Shown here: one piece after another, positions 27,566 to 36,332 of the stretch
How the letters are laid out: every line of letters begins with the position of its first letter
How positions within the stretch are numbered: the stretch's first letter is position 1
Source of the DNA: Bacilli bacterium
GTDB taxonomy: Bacteria > Bacillota_I > Bacilli_A > RF39 > UBA660
Direction: 5' to 3'
Assembly: GCA_017617435.1 (NCBI GenBank)
Contig: JAFZWF010000018.1
Location: 52,642-116,641 of the forward strand
DNA: 64,000 bases
The notes under the pieces: generated by a model
The model's input: only the letters and a program-made list of their open reading frames with translations
Told to the model about the DNA's origin: nothing
The model's database searches: none
Made by a program: the position numbers and the translations under genes

Positions 27566-28682
27566 TTATATATACCATAACTTTTCATTATCTTTATATA
27601 TATCAGATATAAAACCGCAACCTAAACATTCATCTTCATTATATAAAACACATGCTTGACCAGGTGTAACTGATTTTACCATTTCTGGATAACTAACCAT
27701 TATTTTATTATCACTTAGATACTCTAAACTAACCGGGTAGTCTTCACCACGATATCTAAATTTAGCAGTACATTTTTCTGGTCTTAAATCACTAATAAAA
27801 TTAACGTTTTCGATTAAACATTTATCAGAATATAAATATTTAGAATCATCACCATATGCAACATATAAAATATTTTTCTCTACATTTTTACCACATACAT
27901 AATGTTTTTCTTGATCTCCTGATAAACCAACATTTCTTCTTTGACCAATAGTGTAGTTCATTAAACCAGTGTGTTTTCCTACTTTATTTCCTGTTTCAAC
28001 ATCAATTATATCTCCGGGATTCTTTTTTAAGTAGTTAGATACAAATTTTTGATAGTTTCTTTCACCTATAAAACAAATTCCTGTTGAATCTTTTTTATTT
28101 GCAACAATCAAACCTTGTTCTTCAGCTATTTTTCTTACCTCTGGTTTTGTAATATTTCCAAGAGGAAATATTACATTAGTTAATTGTTCTGATGTAATAT
28201 CAGCTAAGAAATAGCTTTGATCTTTATTTAAATCTTTAGCTCTATAAAGTTTATTATCTTTTGTGTTTGCGTAGTGCCCTGTTGCTATATACTTAGCACC
28301 ATATTTTTTTGCTTCTTCAATAAATTTATCAAATTTTATATATTTATTACATAAAAGATCTGGGTTTGGTGTTCTTCCTTTTTTTAGTTCATTTAAAAAA
28401 TAAGTAAATACATAGTCCCAGTATTCTTTAACAAAATCAACTCTATATAGAGGAATATCTAATTTTTTACATACTTCTTGAGCATCCTTATAATCATTTT
28501 CTTGAGGGCATATATTATTTTCTATATTAGGATTACCTAGTTTATCATTATTAGCTTCTTGATCCCAGTTACGCATAAAAAGGCCTATAACTTCATAGCC
28601 TTCTTTTTTAAGTAAATATGCTGCAACTGCTGAATCTACTCCACCAGACATACCTACAACTACTTTTTCCATATATATCCCT
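27566..28682 (-). CDS. mnmA: tRNA-specific 2-thiouridylase
   Basis: PP-loop VVVGMSGGVDSAV, plus NPDLLCN, ATGHYA, DQSYFL and CFIGE. ATG 28682 follows AAAGGAGGG; the longest ORF reaches 28696. Confidence 0.92.
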
Positions 28683-28751
28683 CCTTTTTTCACCACTATT
28701 ATATATATTTTATTATATTAAAGCAAATAAAAAAAGCATGTTAATGCTTTT

Positions 28752-29024
28752 TTATCTTCCTTGTCTTAATTCTTCGATAGTTTTTACAAAAACCTTAATA
28801 GTTCCATCAGCATTTTCAGTAAAGTTAATACCTCTATCTATCATGTCTTTTTTCATTGCAGAAAGTATATCATTAATTCTTCTTAATTCGAATTTATCAA
28901 TAGTAAGTTGGGGATTATTTTTAAGTACTTGTTTTTTTCGTTGTATTAAATCATTATATACAACTTCAACTTGCCCATCATCTATAGCTATTTTTTCATT
29001 TTTATCGCCAAATGTACAGTACAT
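28752..29024 (-). CDS. hypothetical protein (90 aa)
   Basis: Balanced composition, GAAGG SD, and terminator AAAAAGCAT/ATGCTTTTT (28741-28762). The overlapping plus-strand ORF is rejected. Confidence 0.5.
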   Translation of the reverse strand: MYCTFGDKNEKIAIDDGQVEVVYNDLIQRKKQVLKNNPQLTIDKFELRRINDILSAMKKDMIDRGINFTENADGTIKVFVKTIEELRQGR

Positions 29025-29097
29025 ATTATATACCTTCTTTCATTATAAGTATAATTGAAAAATTATATAATAATCAACTCTTTACAATTAACTATAC

Positions 29098-29682
29098 TCA
29101 TGCTTTACATATATTTTTAAAGATACTTAACACATTATTCCCATAAAAATATATAAGTAAATCTGAAATAAATATTAGAATAATTAAAAATATTGTCTTA
29201 ATTAATAAGTTATACAGTTCATTATAATTTAATATTTCACCTTTAAATTTATTTAAATATAGCTTTTTAAATATTCTTATAATTCTTTTAAACAAGAAGT
29301 ACGAAAGTACTATAAATAAACCGCCATTAATTAAATTATAAAGTACTCCATATATAAAACCTCTAGTTTTAAATATTTTAGTTAATAAAATAATTTTTAA
29401 ACTTATTTTAAATGATTCAGATATTAAAAGACCTATAAATAGTGGCATACCTATATATATAAATGATAAAACTAATATAACAGATAAAATTTTTAAATGA
29501 TCTATAGAATTATTATTAATATTAAAAAGAACTTTGTGCTTCTTTATATTAATTAATATAGTATTTAATTCATTTTTACTTAAATTATTAATAAATAAAA
29601 TTGCTATAACTATTCCTATAATAAAAGTAATTACATATATTTTAAAATATTTACTATGTTTCTTCTTCATTCTTTTTATCAT
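29098..29682 (-). CDS. multi-pass membrane protein (possibly SpoIIM/DUF95-like)
   Basis: 194 aa with about 5 TM segments. Only the overall architecture resembles SpoIIM. Confidence 0.4.
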   Translation of the reverse strand: MIKRMKKKHSKYFKIYVITFIIGIVIAILFINNLSKNELNTILINIKKHKVLFNINNNSIDHLKILSVILVLSFIYIGMPLFIGLLISESFKISLKIILLTKIFKTRGFIYGVLYNLINGGLFIVLSYFLFKRIIRIFKKLYLNKFKGEILNYNELYNLLIKTIFLIILIFISDLLIYFYGNNVLSIFKNICKA

Positions 29683-29775
29683 ATTATATGTTTCTCCATT
29701 TAATTATATTGAAGAATTATAAAAATTATGATAAATTATGTATGTATTTAAAAATAAAGAAAAAGGATGATAAAA

Positions 29776-29868
29776 ATGAGTAAAAGAACAAAAAGATTAA
29801 TTGTATGGATAATGTTTTTCATTATGGTAGCATCTGTTGTTGCTGGTGTACTTGCATATTTAATTTAA
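29776..29868 (+). CDS. 30-aa membrane micro-protein (MSKRTKRLIVWIMFFIMVASVVAGVLAYLI), not in the ORF track
   Basis: AAGGA SD upstream. Basic N-terminus plus a single TM helix. Confidence 0.4.
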   Translation: MSKRTKRLIVWIMFFIMVASVVAGVLAYLI

Positions 29869-29930
29869 TTAAAGTATAATATCTTTCCGAAACTTAAATT
29901 CAAGTTTAATATTTTTTAGGGGGAATATTC

Positions 29931-30713
29931 ATGAATTTAATAAGTATGTTAGATGAAGAGTTAAAAAATAAACATCTATCAAAAAATGAAACATTAAGGT
30001 ATATCTATCTTCGCGTATGCGAGATTTTTTCTTTTGATCCAAGATGGTTTTATACAGTTGTATGGAGTAACCATGATCTTTTGAAAAGTATTAACGAAAA
30101 AGTATTAGATGTTGAAAATATTGATGACACGAAAGTTATATGTCATAACGTCTCTAGATACATTCTAAAACCATTAATAGAAGAATTTACCGGTTTTGAT
30201 TGTGAACCAATAAGTAATTATGATCACACTCACCTAATAGTTAAAACTAATAAAGGTTCTAGAGATCTTGATCCGGTATTTGGTGATTTTTCAAGAGTTA
30301 AAGTTAATATTGAAACTAAAGATTATGAAGGTATTTCAAGACATGAACTTCAATTAATAGATAAATCACTTGGTTATAATTTAAAAAACGAAAATAATTT
30401 AATATCAACTTATGAAAAATTAGAACCAGTTGAAAATCTAATGAAATTTCAAAGATTACTTAATAAAGAAAAACTTGATTGTTACTCTGATATAAGATAT
30501 TTATTTACGACTCTAGCAAGAATAGATAAAATGTTTTACGAAACATATTTAAACAAAGAATATGATTTTAAAAAACTTATTAGAGTATTTGGAATCAATA
30601 AGTATTACATAATTGAAAAAGATAGTAATTATTACAAATTACGAGAATCAAATAAAAAAGAATTTGATATATATGAAAGAAACGATATATATCGTTCAAG
30701 ATTTATAAAATAA
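29931..30713 (+). CDS. hypothetical protein with a Cys-His-Asp arrangement (possible transglutaminase-like fold)
   Basis: AGGGGGA SD. VICHNVS...HTHLIV...DLDP motif order. Confidence 0.5.
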   Translation: MNLISMLDEELKNKHLSKNETLRYIYLRVCEIFSFDPRWFYTVVWSNHDLLKSINEKVLDVENIDDTKVICHNVSRYILKPLIEEFTGFDCEPISNYDHTHLIVKTNKGSRDLDPVFGDFSRVKVNIETKDYEGISRHELQLIDKSLGYNLKNENNLISTYEKLEPVENLMKFQRLLNKEKLDCYSDIRYLFTTLARIDKMFYETYLNKEYDFKKLIRVFGINKYYIIEKDSNYYKLRESNKKEFDIYERNDIYRSRFIK

Positions 30714-30750
30714 AAAATATGGAAGAATTAAATTTTCTTCCATATTTTTT
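30712..30750. terminator. bidirectional terminator between convergent genes
   Basis: AAAATATGGAAGAA (30714-30727) pairs with TTCTTCCATATTTT (30735-30748). Confidence 0.8.
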
Positions 30751-33184
30751 ATTTATTATCATAAAACGAATAATACTGTACATTTCTAAAATTATCAAGT
30801 TCTTGTTTAACAGATATATCTAAATCTTTAAAATATGTTATTTTATCGTTATCATAAACAAATGTTTTAGTAAATACAGGTATAGTTTCTTTGATATCAT
30901 TTACATATTTAAAATATTCATTGTCTTTAATATCTAAATTAGCAAATACATAACTTGAAATGTAATTTAAATTCATATAACTAGGTATTTTATCTAGTTT
31001 TTCAATATAATTAGAAAATATTACAGCTTTAGTTTTATATTTTCTAAGTTCATTAATATCGTTATTTTTTGTATTAAAATATTTAGATACAAGATATGAG
31101 TTTTCACCTTTGTCATTTGTTATAAATGGTAAATGATCTCCATAAAATATAACTATTGTATCTTGATCTATTTTTTTAATTTCATTATATAACTCACCTA
31201 GTGCTTTATCAGCATCATATATACCCTGTGCATAGCACTTAATTAAATTAGTATCTTCTTTATTAAGTTTAGATGATTTAACATCTATATCATATTTTTT
31301 AAACTTATCTATAGAGCAAGGCATATGATTTTCTGCTGTTGCATATACAAGTAGTTTTGGAGTATTCTCTTCTTTTTTAAGTTCATCTATAATAGATTTA
31401 GTAATTTCTTCATCAGATAAATAAAAACCTTTTTTCTTACCCTTTAAATCATATTTAACATCAGTTATACCAAGCATATTATATACATGATTAGAATTAT
31501 ATGACTCTCCTGCCCATGGAGTTATATATTTAGTAATATAACCTTCATTTTTAAGCAGTCTTATAATGTTTGGTGAGTTACCTACTAAATCTTTATTTTT
31601 ATCATGATAATACTGAGTAAATGCGATATAACCAGACGGATTAAATTTATTACTAGATGATGTTAAAATTTCCCATTCTGATATAACAGATGATCCACCA
31701 AATGTAGATACGTTAGTATCTGCAACAATTGCATCATCTTGTTTTTCAAACTCATGTATATTTTTAAGGACATCTTTATCAAACTTTATTTCACTAATAT
31801 TTGTTACATCAGAAAATGATTCAGATAAAATGATAACAACATTTGGTTTACCAAATAATCCTTTATCTACACTTTTATAACTATTTAAAATACTTATAGC
31901 TTTATTTTTATCATAATTATCAGGTCTATGAATATTTGATGCATAGTGATTATATATAATACCTTGATATAAACCTACATCATAGTATGTTTTTCCATAG
32001 TCACTAGTTGCTATTACTTTTTCATAATCTGAATTATAGATATTTTTAGCCATAAATAAGGAGTTTTTAGTTGTTACTATAAAGAATACTGTAATTAATA
32101 TTATTGGAGCTATAAATAGCAAAAAACGATGTAATAAGTTATCTATTTTAATTTCATTTTTCTTCTTTCTTAAAGCAAGAACAGTAAATATAATCATAAT
32201 TATAAATTTTATAATTGTTTTTATAATCCATGAACCATTAACTGTTTTTAAATATAAACCTGCAGTTCCTATATTAGATGCATTTAAAAAATGAACATCA
32301 CTTAAACTAACTGGGTTAAGCATAATAATATATTTTAAGTCGTTAATTAAAAGAAGTATTGATGAAAGAAGAAGTACAGTAAACTTAGCTCTTCTTGAAC
32401 TTTTAAATAGACCTGTAAATAGTAAACATATTAAAGAAATTATAATGGTAAGCATTATAAAAGCTAAAGGATATTTAATAACTGATTTAAATAAATCAAT
32501 TAATGCATTTCCTTTAAAATTACTATTAAGTTTAAAAAATAAATCAGATATTAATAAGGTAAAAATAGGAAAACTAAGGAAATTAACTAAAAGTTTAGTT
32601 TTTTTTTCCTTAATTTTACCTTTAATTAAAGCCTCTATATTAGGTTTTTTAACTCTAATATTAGTTATAAATAAAGTTCCAATTACAATAAATAAAATTA
32701 TTGTTGCAATAGAATATACTTTTGTACTACTAATTTTAATAAAATAAAATAATGGATAAATAAGAGCAATTGTTGTTATAGGAACACCTCTAAAGTATCC
32801 CTTCTCTGCTTTTTTATTAATGTTAAGAGCATTAAAATAAGTAAGTCTAATTAAACCTGCTAGTACATAAAGCGGTACTATATACATAATTAATTTATAT
32901 TTAACAGTTGTAAGAGCTAATACAGCTGGAAATACACCAAAAGCAATCATATCAGATAAGGAGTCAAGCTCAACACCGTAAGAAGACTCAAACTCACTAT
33001 TTTTTCTCATTCTTGCAACTATTCCATCAAAACTATCACATAAACAACATATAACAAGCATTAAGAATGGTAAATTAGTATGACCATTAAAACATAAAAT
33101 AATACCTATTACTGCTGAAAGTGTGCTACCCATAGTAATAAAATCACATAGTCTATATTGTCCAATAATTGGTCTTTTTTTCAT
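30749..33184 (-). CDS. fusion protein: CDP-alcohol phosphatidyltransferase (PssA-like), polytopic linker and LtaS/sulfatase-like extracytoplasmic domain
   Basis: N-terminus carries D-x2-DG-x2-AR...G-x3-D-x3-D (CDSFDGIVARM...GVELDSLSD). C-terminus carries VVIILSESFSD and FYGDHLP, typical of LtaS/MdoB-type alkaline-phosphatase-superfamily enzymes. Confidence 0.7.
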   Translation of the reverse strand: MKKRPIIGQYRLCDFITMGSTLSAVIGIILCFNGHTNLPFLMLVICCLCDSFDGIVARMRKNSEFESSYGVELDSLSDMIAFGVFPAVLALTTVKYKLIMYIVPLYVLAGLIRLTYFNALNINKKAEKGYFRGVPITTIALIYPLFYFIKISSTKVYSIATIILFIVIGTLFITNIRVKKPNIEALIKGKIKEKKTKLLVNFLSFPIFTLLISDLFFKLNSNFKGNALIDLFKSVIKYPLAFIMLTIIISLICLLFTGLFKSSRRAKFTVLLLSSILLLINDLKYIIMLNPVSLSDVHFLNASNIGTAGLYLKTVNGSWIIKTIIKFIIMIIFTVLALRKKKNEIKIDNLLHRFLLFIAPIILITVFFIVTTKNSLFMAKNIYNSDYEKVIATSDYGKTYYDVGLYQGIIYNHYASNIHRPDNYDKNKAISILNSYKSVDKGLFGKPNVVIILSESFSDVTNISEIKFDKDVLKNIHEFEKQDDAIVADTNVSTFGGSSVISEWEILTSSSNKFNPSGYIAFTQYYHDKNKDLVGNSPNIIRLLKNEGYITKYITPWAGESYNSNHVYNMLGITDVKYDLKGKKKGFYLSDEEITKSIIDELKKEENTPKLLVYATAENHMPCSIDKFKKYDIDVKSSKLNKEDTNLIKCYAQGIYDADKALGELYNEIKKIDQDTIVIFYGDHLPFITNDKGENSYLVSKYFNTKNNDINELRKYKTKAVIFSNYIEKLDKIPSYMNLNYISSYVFANLDIKDNEYFKYVNDIKETIPVFTKTFVYDNDKITYFKDLDISVKQELDNFRNVQYYSFYDNK

Positions 33185-33277
33185 AATCTATTACCTCTTT
33201 AATGTATTTTATCACAATTTATTATATTTTGGTAGTTATATAAATATATAAAAAAATAAATCATCATTTACGATGAT

Positions 33278-33538
33278 TTATTTTCTGATATTATTATTTT
33301 CTTCTTCCTCTTTTTTATATTCTTTAATATATTTATCGTATGCCATATATGTATATAAAACATATTTTTTATCTGTTACAAGTAATGTATATTTTCTTTC
33401 ATCTACTCTACATACTTGAGCAATATATAAAACTCCTTCTTTATTTTCAATAATGCAGTATTTATTATTTTCTACATCAATTCCATATTCATATAACATA
33501 TATTTATAGCACTCTACCATATTTTCATATTCGTTCAT
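33278..33538 (-). CDS. hypothetical protein (86 aa)
   Basis: ATG 33538 follows an AAGGAG SD; the longest ORF reaches 33592. Confidence 0.5.
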   Translation of the reverse strand: MNEYENMVECYKYMLYEYGIDVENNKYCIIENKEGVLYIAQVCRVDERKYTLLVTDKKYVLYTYMAYDKYIKEYKKEEEENNNIRK

Positions 33539-33616
33539 AAAATTAACTCCTTTTTTAAACAAGTGATATATATTTAAACATAAAATATACATTATTTCAA
33601 TATAAAAAAGAATTGA

Positions 33617-35875
33617 TTATTTATTAATCAATTCTTCAACTAATTTAAGTTTAGTATCATTAACTTTATCTATATCTATGTCTTTATATTTAAGATCATC
33701 ACATGTTGCAACTTTAATAATTGTATTTGCAACATCTTCTTCATTTTTCTTACATATATAACCAAAGTTGCCTTCAACTTTTATAGCGTCATCAGAAACA
33801 TTTATTGTTGTAATAATTTTCTTTTTAAATGTTATGGCTTCGCCATAAACCATTGGGAATCCTTCATAATTTGATGTAAGAATTACAGCATCACACATTT
33901 TAAAGTATGGATATGGATTATTTTTAGTACCTAGCATTTTGATATTTTTTTCTAGCTTTTTATTTGTTATTAGTTCTTTAACATATTTTTCATCATTTCC
34001 AGAACCAATAATCCAAAGTTCTATATTTTTATCCTTTTTGAGTGCTTTATCAAATCCATTAATCATTCTTGTAAAGTTTTTAGATGATTCATCTATTCTT
34101 CCAACAAATAAGAATAACTTTTTACCCTTAGGTTTCTTTTCTTTTATTTTTTCTTCAGATAATTTAATATAACGTTTATTATCAATAAAGTTATTTATAA
34201 CTATGCTTTTATCAATAAATCTTGGATAAAGAGATAGCAAATTATCTTTTGATTCATTAGATACAAATACAATGCTTTTAAATTTATCTAATTTTCTTTT
34301 ATTAAAAAAATTATTTATTTCTTTAATATCATTTTGATATGTTACTGTATAATCACTATGTATATAAATAGCACTATTATTTGATGAATACCTTGCTAAG
34401 AAGTTTGAAGATAACGAGTATGTTGCGTAGCAACATCCAAAATCATATTCTTTAAAGTTTGTTATTAAAAATTTAAGTTTATTAAGCATATTAAATGCTT
34501 TATTAATTAATTTAAAACGTGTATTAAATACTTTTTGACTTTTAATAGATATATCTTTTGGAACATCTTTTAAAAATATACCTTGTTTCTTTTCTAAGAA
34601 CAGTGTTATATCATATTTTTTACTATCAAGTTTTTTAAGCATATTAATAAGGGCTGTTTCAATTCCACCTGTATCCATACTATAAGATGCAAATAAGATT
34701 TTTTTATGTTGTTTTTTATAAAATGTATTAACTAAAACAACAACAGTTATTAAAACAACATTTGGAGATAATATTACATGACCAGATAAAAATGATGTTA
34801 AAATCATAATTATTATTGGTAAATAATATATATCTTTTCTATTTTTAATTTTCTTTAATATATAAGCAAATAATAAAATAAATAATGTAAAACCTATTAT
34901 TCCATACATATAAAATATATCAAATAAATCCATCTCTACAGTCTTTTTAATAACACTTAAACCAAATAATTTATTTGTTATTGGAGATGCTATCATTATT
35001 TTATTTATATCAAATAAGAATGTAAGTCTTCTATTAAAAATAAAATGATCAAATAATTTAAAATTAGTAAATACTTTAATAGGATTTTTAATATGTAAAT
35101 AATTTAAATGAATACAGAAATTCTTATATAGTGGTGTATCTTTAAATTTAATAAACAAAACTATTAAAAATAAAGTAAATATAATTAAATTAGTATAATT
35201 TACATTTTTATTTTTAGCATCTTTAATAAATTTTTTAATTAAAATATAAAGTAAACATAATAAGAATACTATTATAGGAAGTCTAGTACCAATTAAAAAT
35301 GCAGCAAATAGTGATACACCTATTGTAAATATTTCTATTAGATTTATTCTTTTTTGTAAATTAACAAATATATAAGAAACAGTAATTGAAATTATTGCAC
35401 TTATTTCATTTGCAGAATTAAACCAACCAACAGTACCTACTTTAGCTACTTCATAGCTATTAAGGGCTGTTTTAGTAAGCCATGCAATAATAATAGATAA
35501 AGAATAAAAAAGTAAACTTAACGTTAAAATATTACAATTTATTTTTTTATCATTATTTTTATATAGATGATATAAAAAAAGTAAAAGAATAATAACAAAG
35601 TTATATTTAAAAATATTACTTATTCCTTCAAAATTTTGATGATACACTAAATATAATCCCGAGAACAATGTAAGAATTCCTATAATTATATAGTTTTCTT
35701 TAGATCTATAACAAAATAATAAACCTACTACTAAATATAAAAGGAGCATACCTCTTAAAATCATTCCAATAGAAAATGACAAATCTATGGTTAAATTTGT
35801 CATTATATCTATTAAAAAAGAAAATAATAAATATAATGAAATAACTAAATAAGAATTATTAAATATTTTTTTCAT
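33617..35875 (-). CDS. fusion protein: O-antigen ligase/polymerase-like polytopic domain and GT4-type (GT-B) glycosyltransferase
   Basis: About 390 aa of TM helices with a Wzy_C-like loop, followed by a GT-B domain ending in SNYEGFPMVYGEAITFKK (E-x7-E). ATG 35875 follows AAGGTG. Confidence 0.65.
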   Translation of the reverse strand: MKKIFNNSYLVISLYLLFSFLIDIMTNLTIDLSFSIGMILRGMLLLYLVVGLLFCYRSKENYIIIGILTLFSGLYLVYHQNFEGISNIFKYNFVIILLLFLYHLYKNNDKKINCNILTLSLLFYSLSIIIAWLTKTALNSYEVAKVGTVGWFNSANEISAIISITVSYIFVNLQKRINLIEIFTIGVSLFAAFLIGTRLPIIVFLLCLLYILIKKFIKDAKNKNVNYTNLIIFTLFLIVLFIKFKDTPLYKNFCIHLNYLHIKNPIKVFTNFKLFDHFIFNRRLTFLFDINKIMIASPITNKLFGLSVIKKTVEMDLFDIFYMYGIIGFTLFILLFAYILKKIKNRKDIYYLPIIIMILTSFLSGHVILSPNVVLITVVVLVNTFYKKQHKKILFASYSMDTGGIETALINMLKKLDSKKYDITLFLEKKQGIFLKDVPKDISIKSQKVFNTRFKLINKAFNMLNKLKFLITNFKEYDFGCCYATYSLSSNFLARYSSNNSAIYIHSDYTVTYQNDIKEINNFFNKRKLDKFKSIVFVSNESKDNLLSLYPRFIDKSIVINNFIDNKRYIKLSEEKIKEKKPKGKKLFLFVGRIDESSKNFTRMINGFDKALKKDKNIELWIIGSGNDEKYVKELITNKKLEKNIKMLGTKNNPYPYFKMCDAVILTSNYEGFPMVYGEAITFKKKIITTINVSDDAIKVEGNFGYICKKNEEDVANTIIKVATCDDLKYKDIDIDKVNDTKLKLVEELINK

Positions 35876-35918
35876 AATATTTATCACCTTAAAAGAATTA
35901 TATCATACATTTATTATT

Positions 35919-36332
35919 TTATTTATTTTTTCTTTTATTTATAAATTTAATAAATAAATAACCTATTATTACCCCTACACTATCTATTAAAACATCAGTA
36001 ACCTTACCTGATCTTTCATTAATAAATAACTGATGAAATTCATCAAATATAGCATATAAAATTGATAAAAGAATAGATACTTTATATATATCTTTAATTT
36101 TATATTCTTTTATATTTATATATATAAGTATAAATAATATAAAATACTCAGTTATATGAGCTGTTTTTCTAACCATAGGTATTAAAATAGATTTATCTAT
36201 TTTAATAAATTTAAATATTGTGTTTACGATTATATTACTTTGACCAGTTGATGATGTTCCGTTTAAATTAGAAAGCATATATATAATTATCATCCATGAT
36301 ATAAGAAGGATTAATTTAATTAATTTTTTCAT
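35919..36332 (-). CDS. VanZ-family membrane protein
   Basis: RKTAHITEYFILF, DEFHQLF..R.G...DVLIDSVG. Confidence 0.75.
   Translation of the reverse strand: MKKLIKLILLISWMIIIYMLSNLNGTSSTGQSNIIVNTIFKFIKIDKSILIPMVRKTAHITEYFILFILIYINIKEYKIKDIYKVSILLSILYAIFDEFHQLFINERSGKVTDVLIDSVGVIIGYLFIKFINKRKNK

Noticed and set aside
28618-29058. Plus-strand 146-aa ORF overlapping the 28752-29024 minus-strand gene and the mnmA 5' end.
   Set aside because: It has shadow-like composition and no SD, and it would read through the mnmA promoter/RBS region. The minus-strand ORF has an SD, a terminator and balanced composition.
15785-30713. Prophage or integrative-element interpretation of the ORFan-rich block.
   Set aside because: No integrase, recombinase, terminase, capsid, portal or transposase motifs and no flanking direct repeats or tRNA target are present. 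Housekeeping genes are interspersed throughout.
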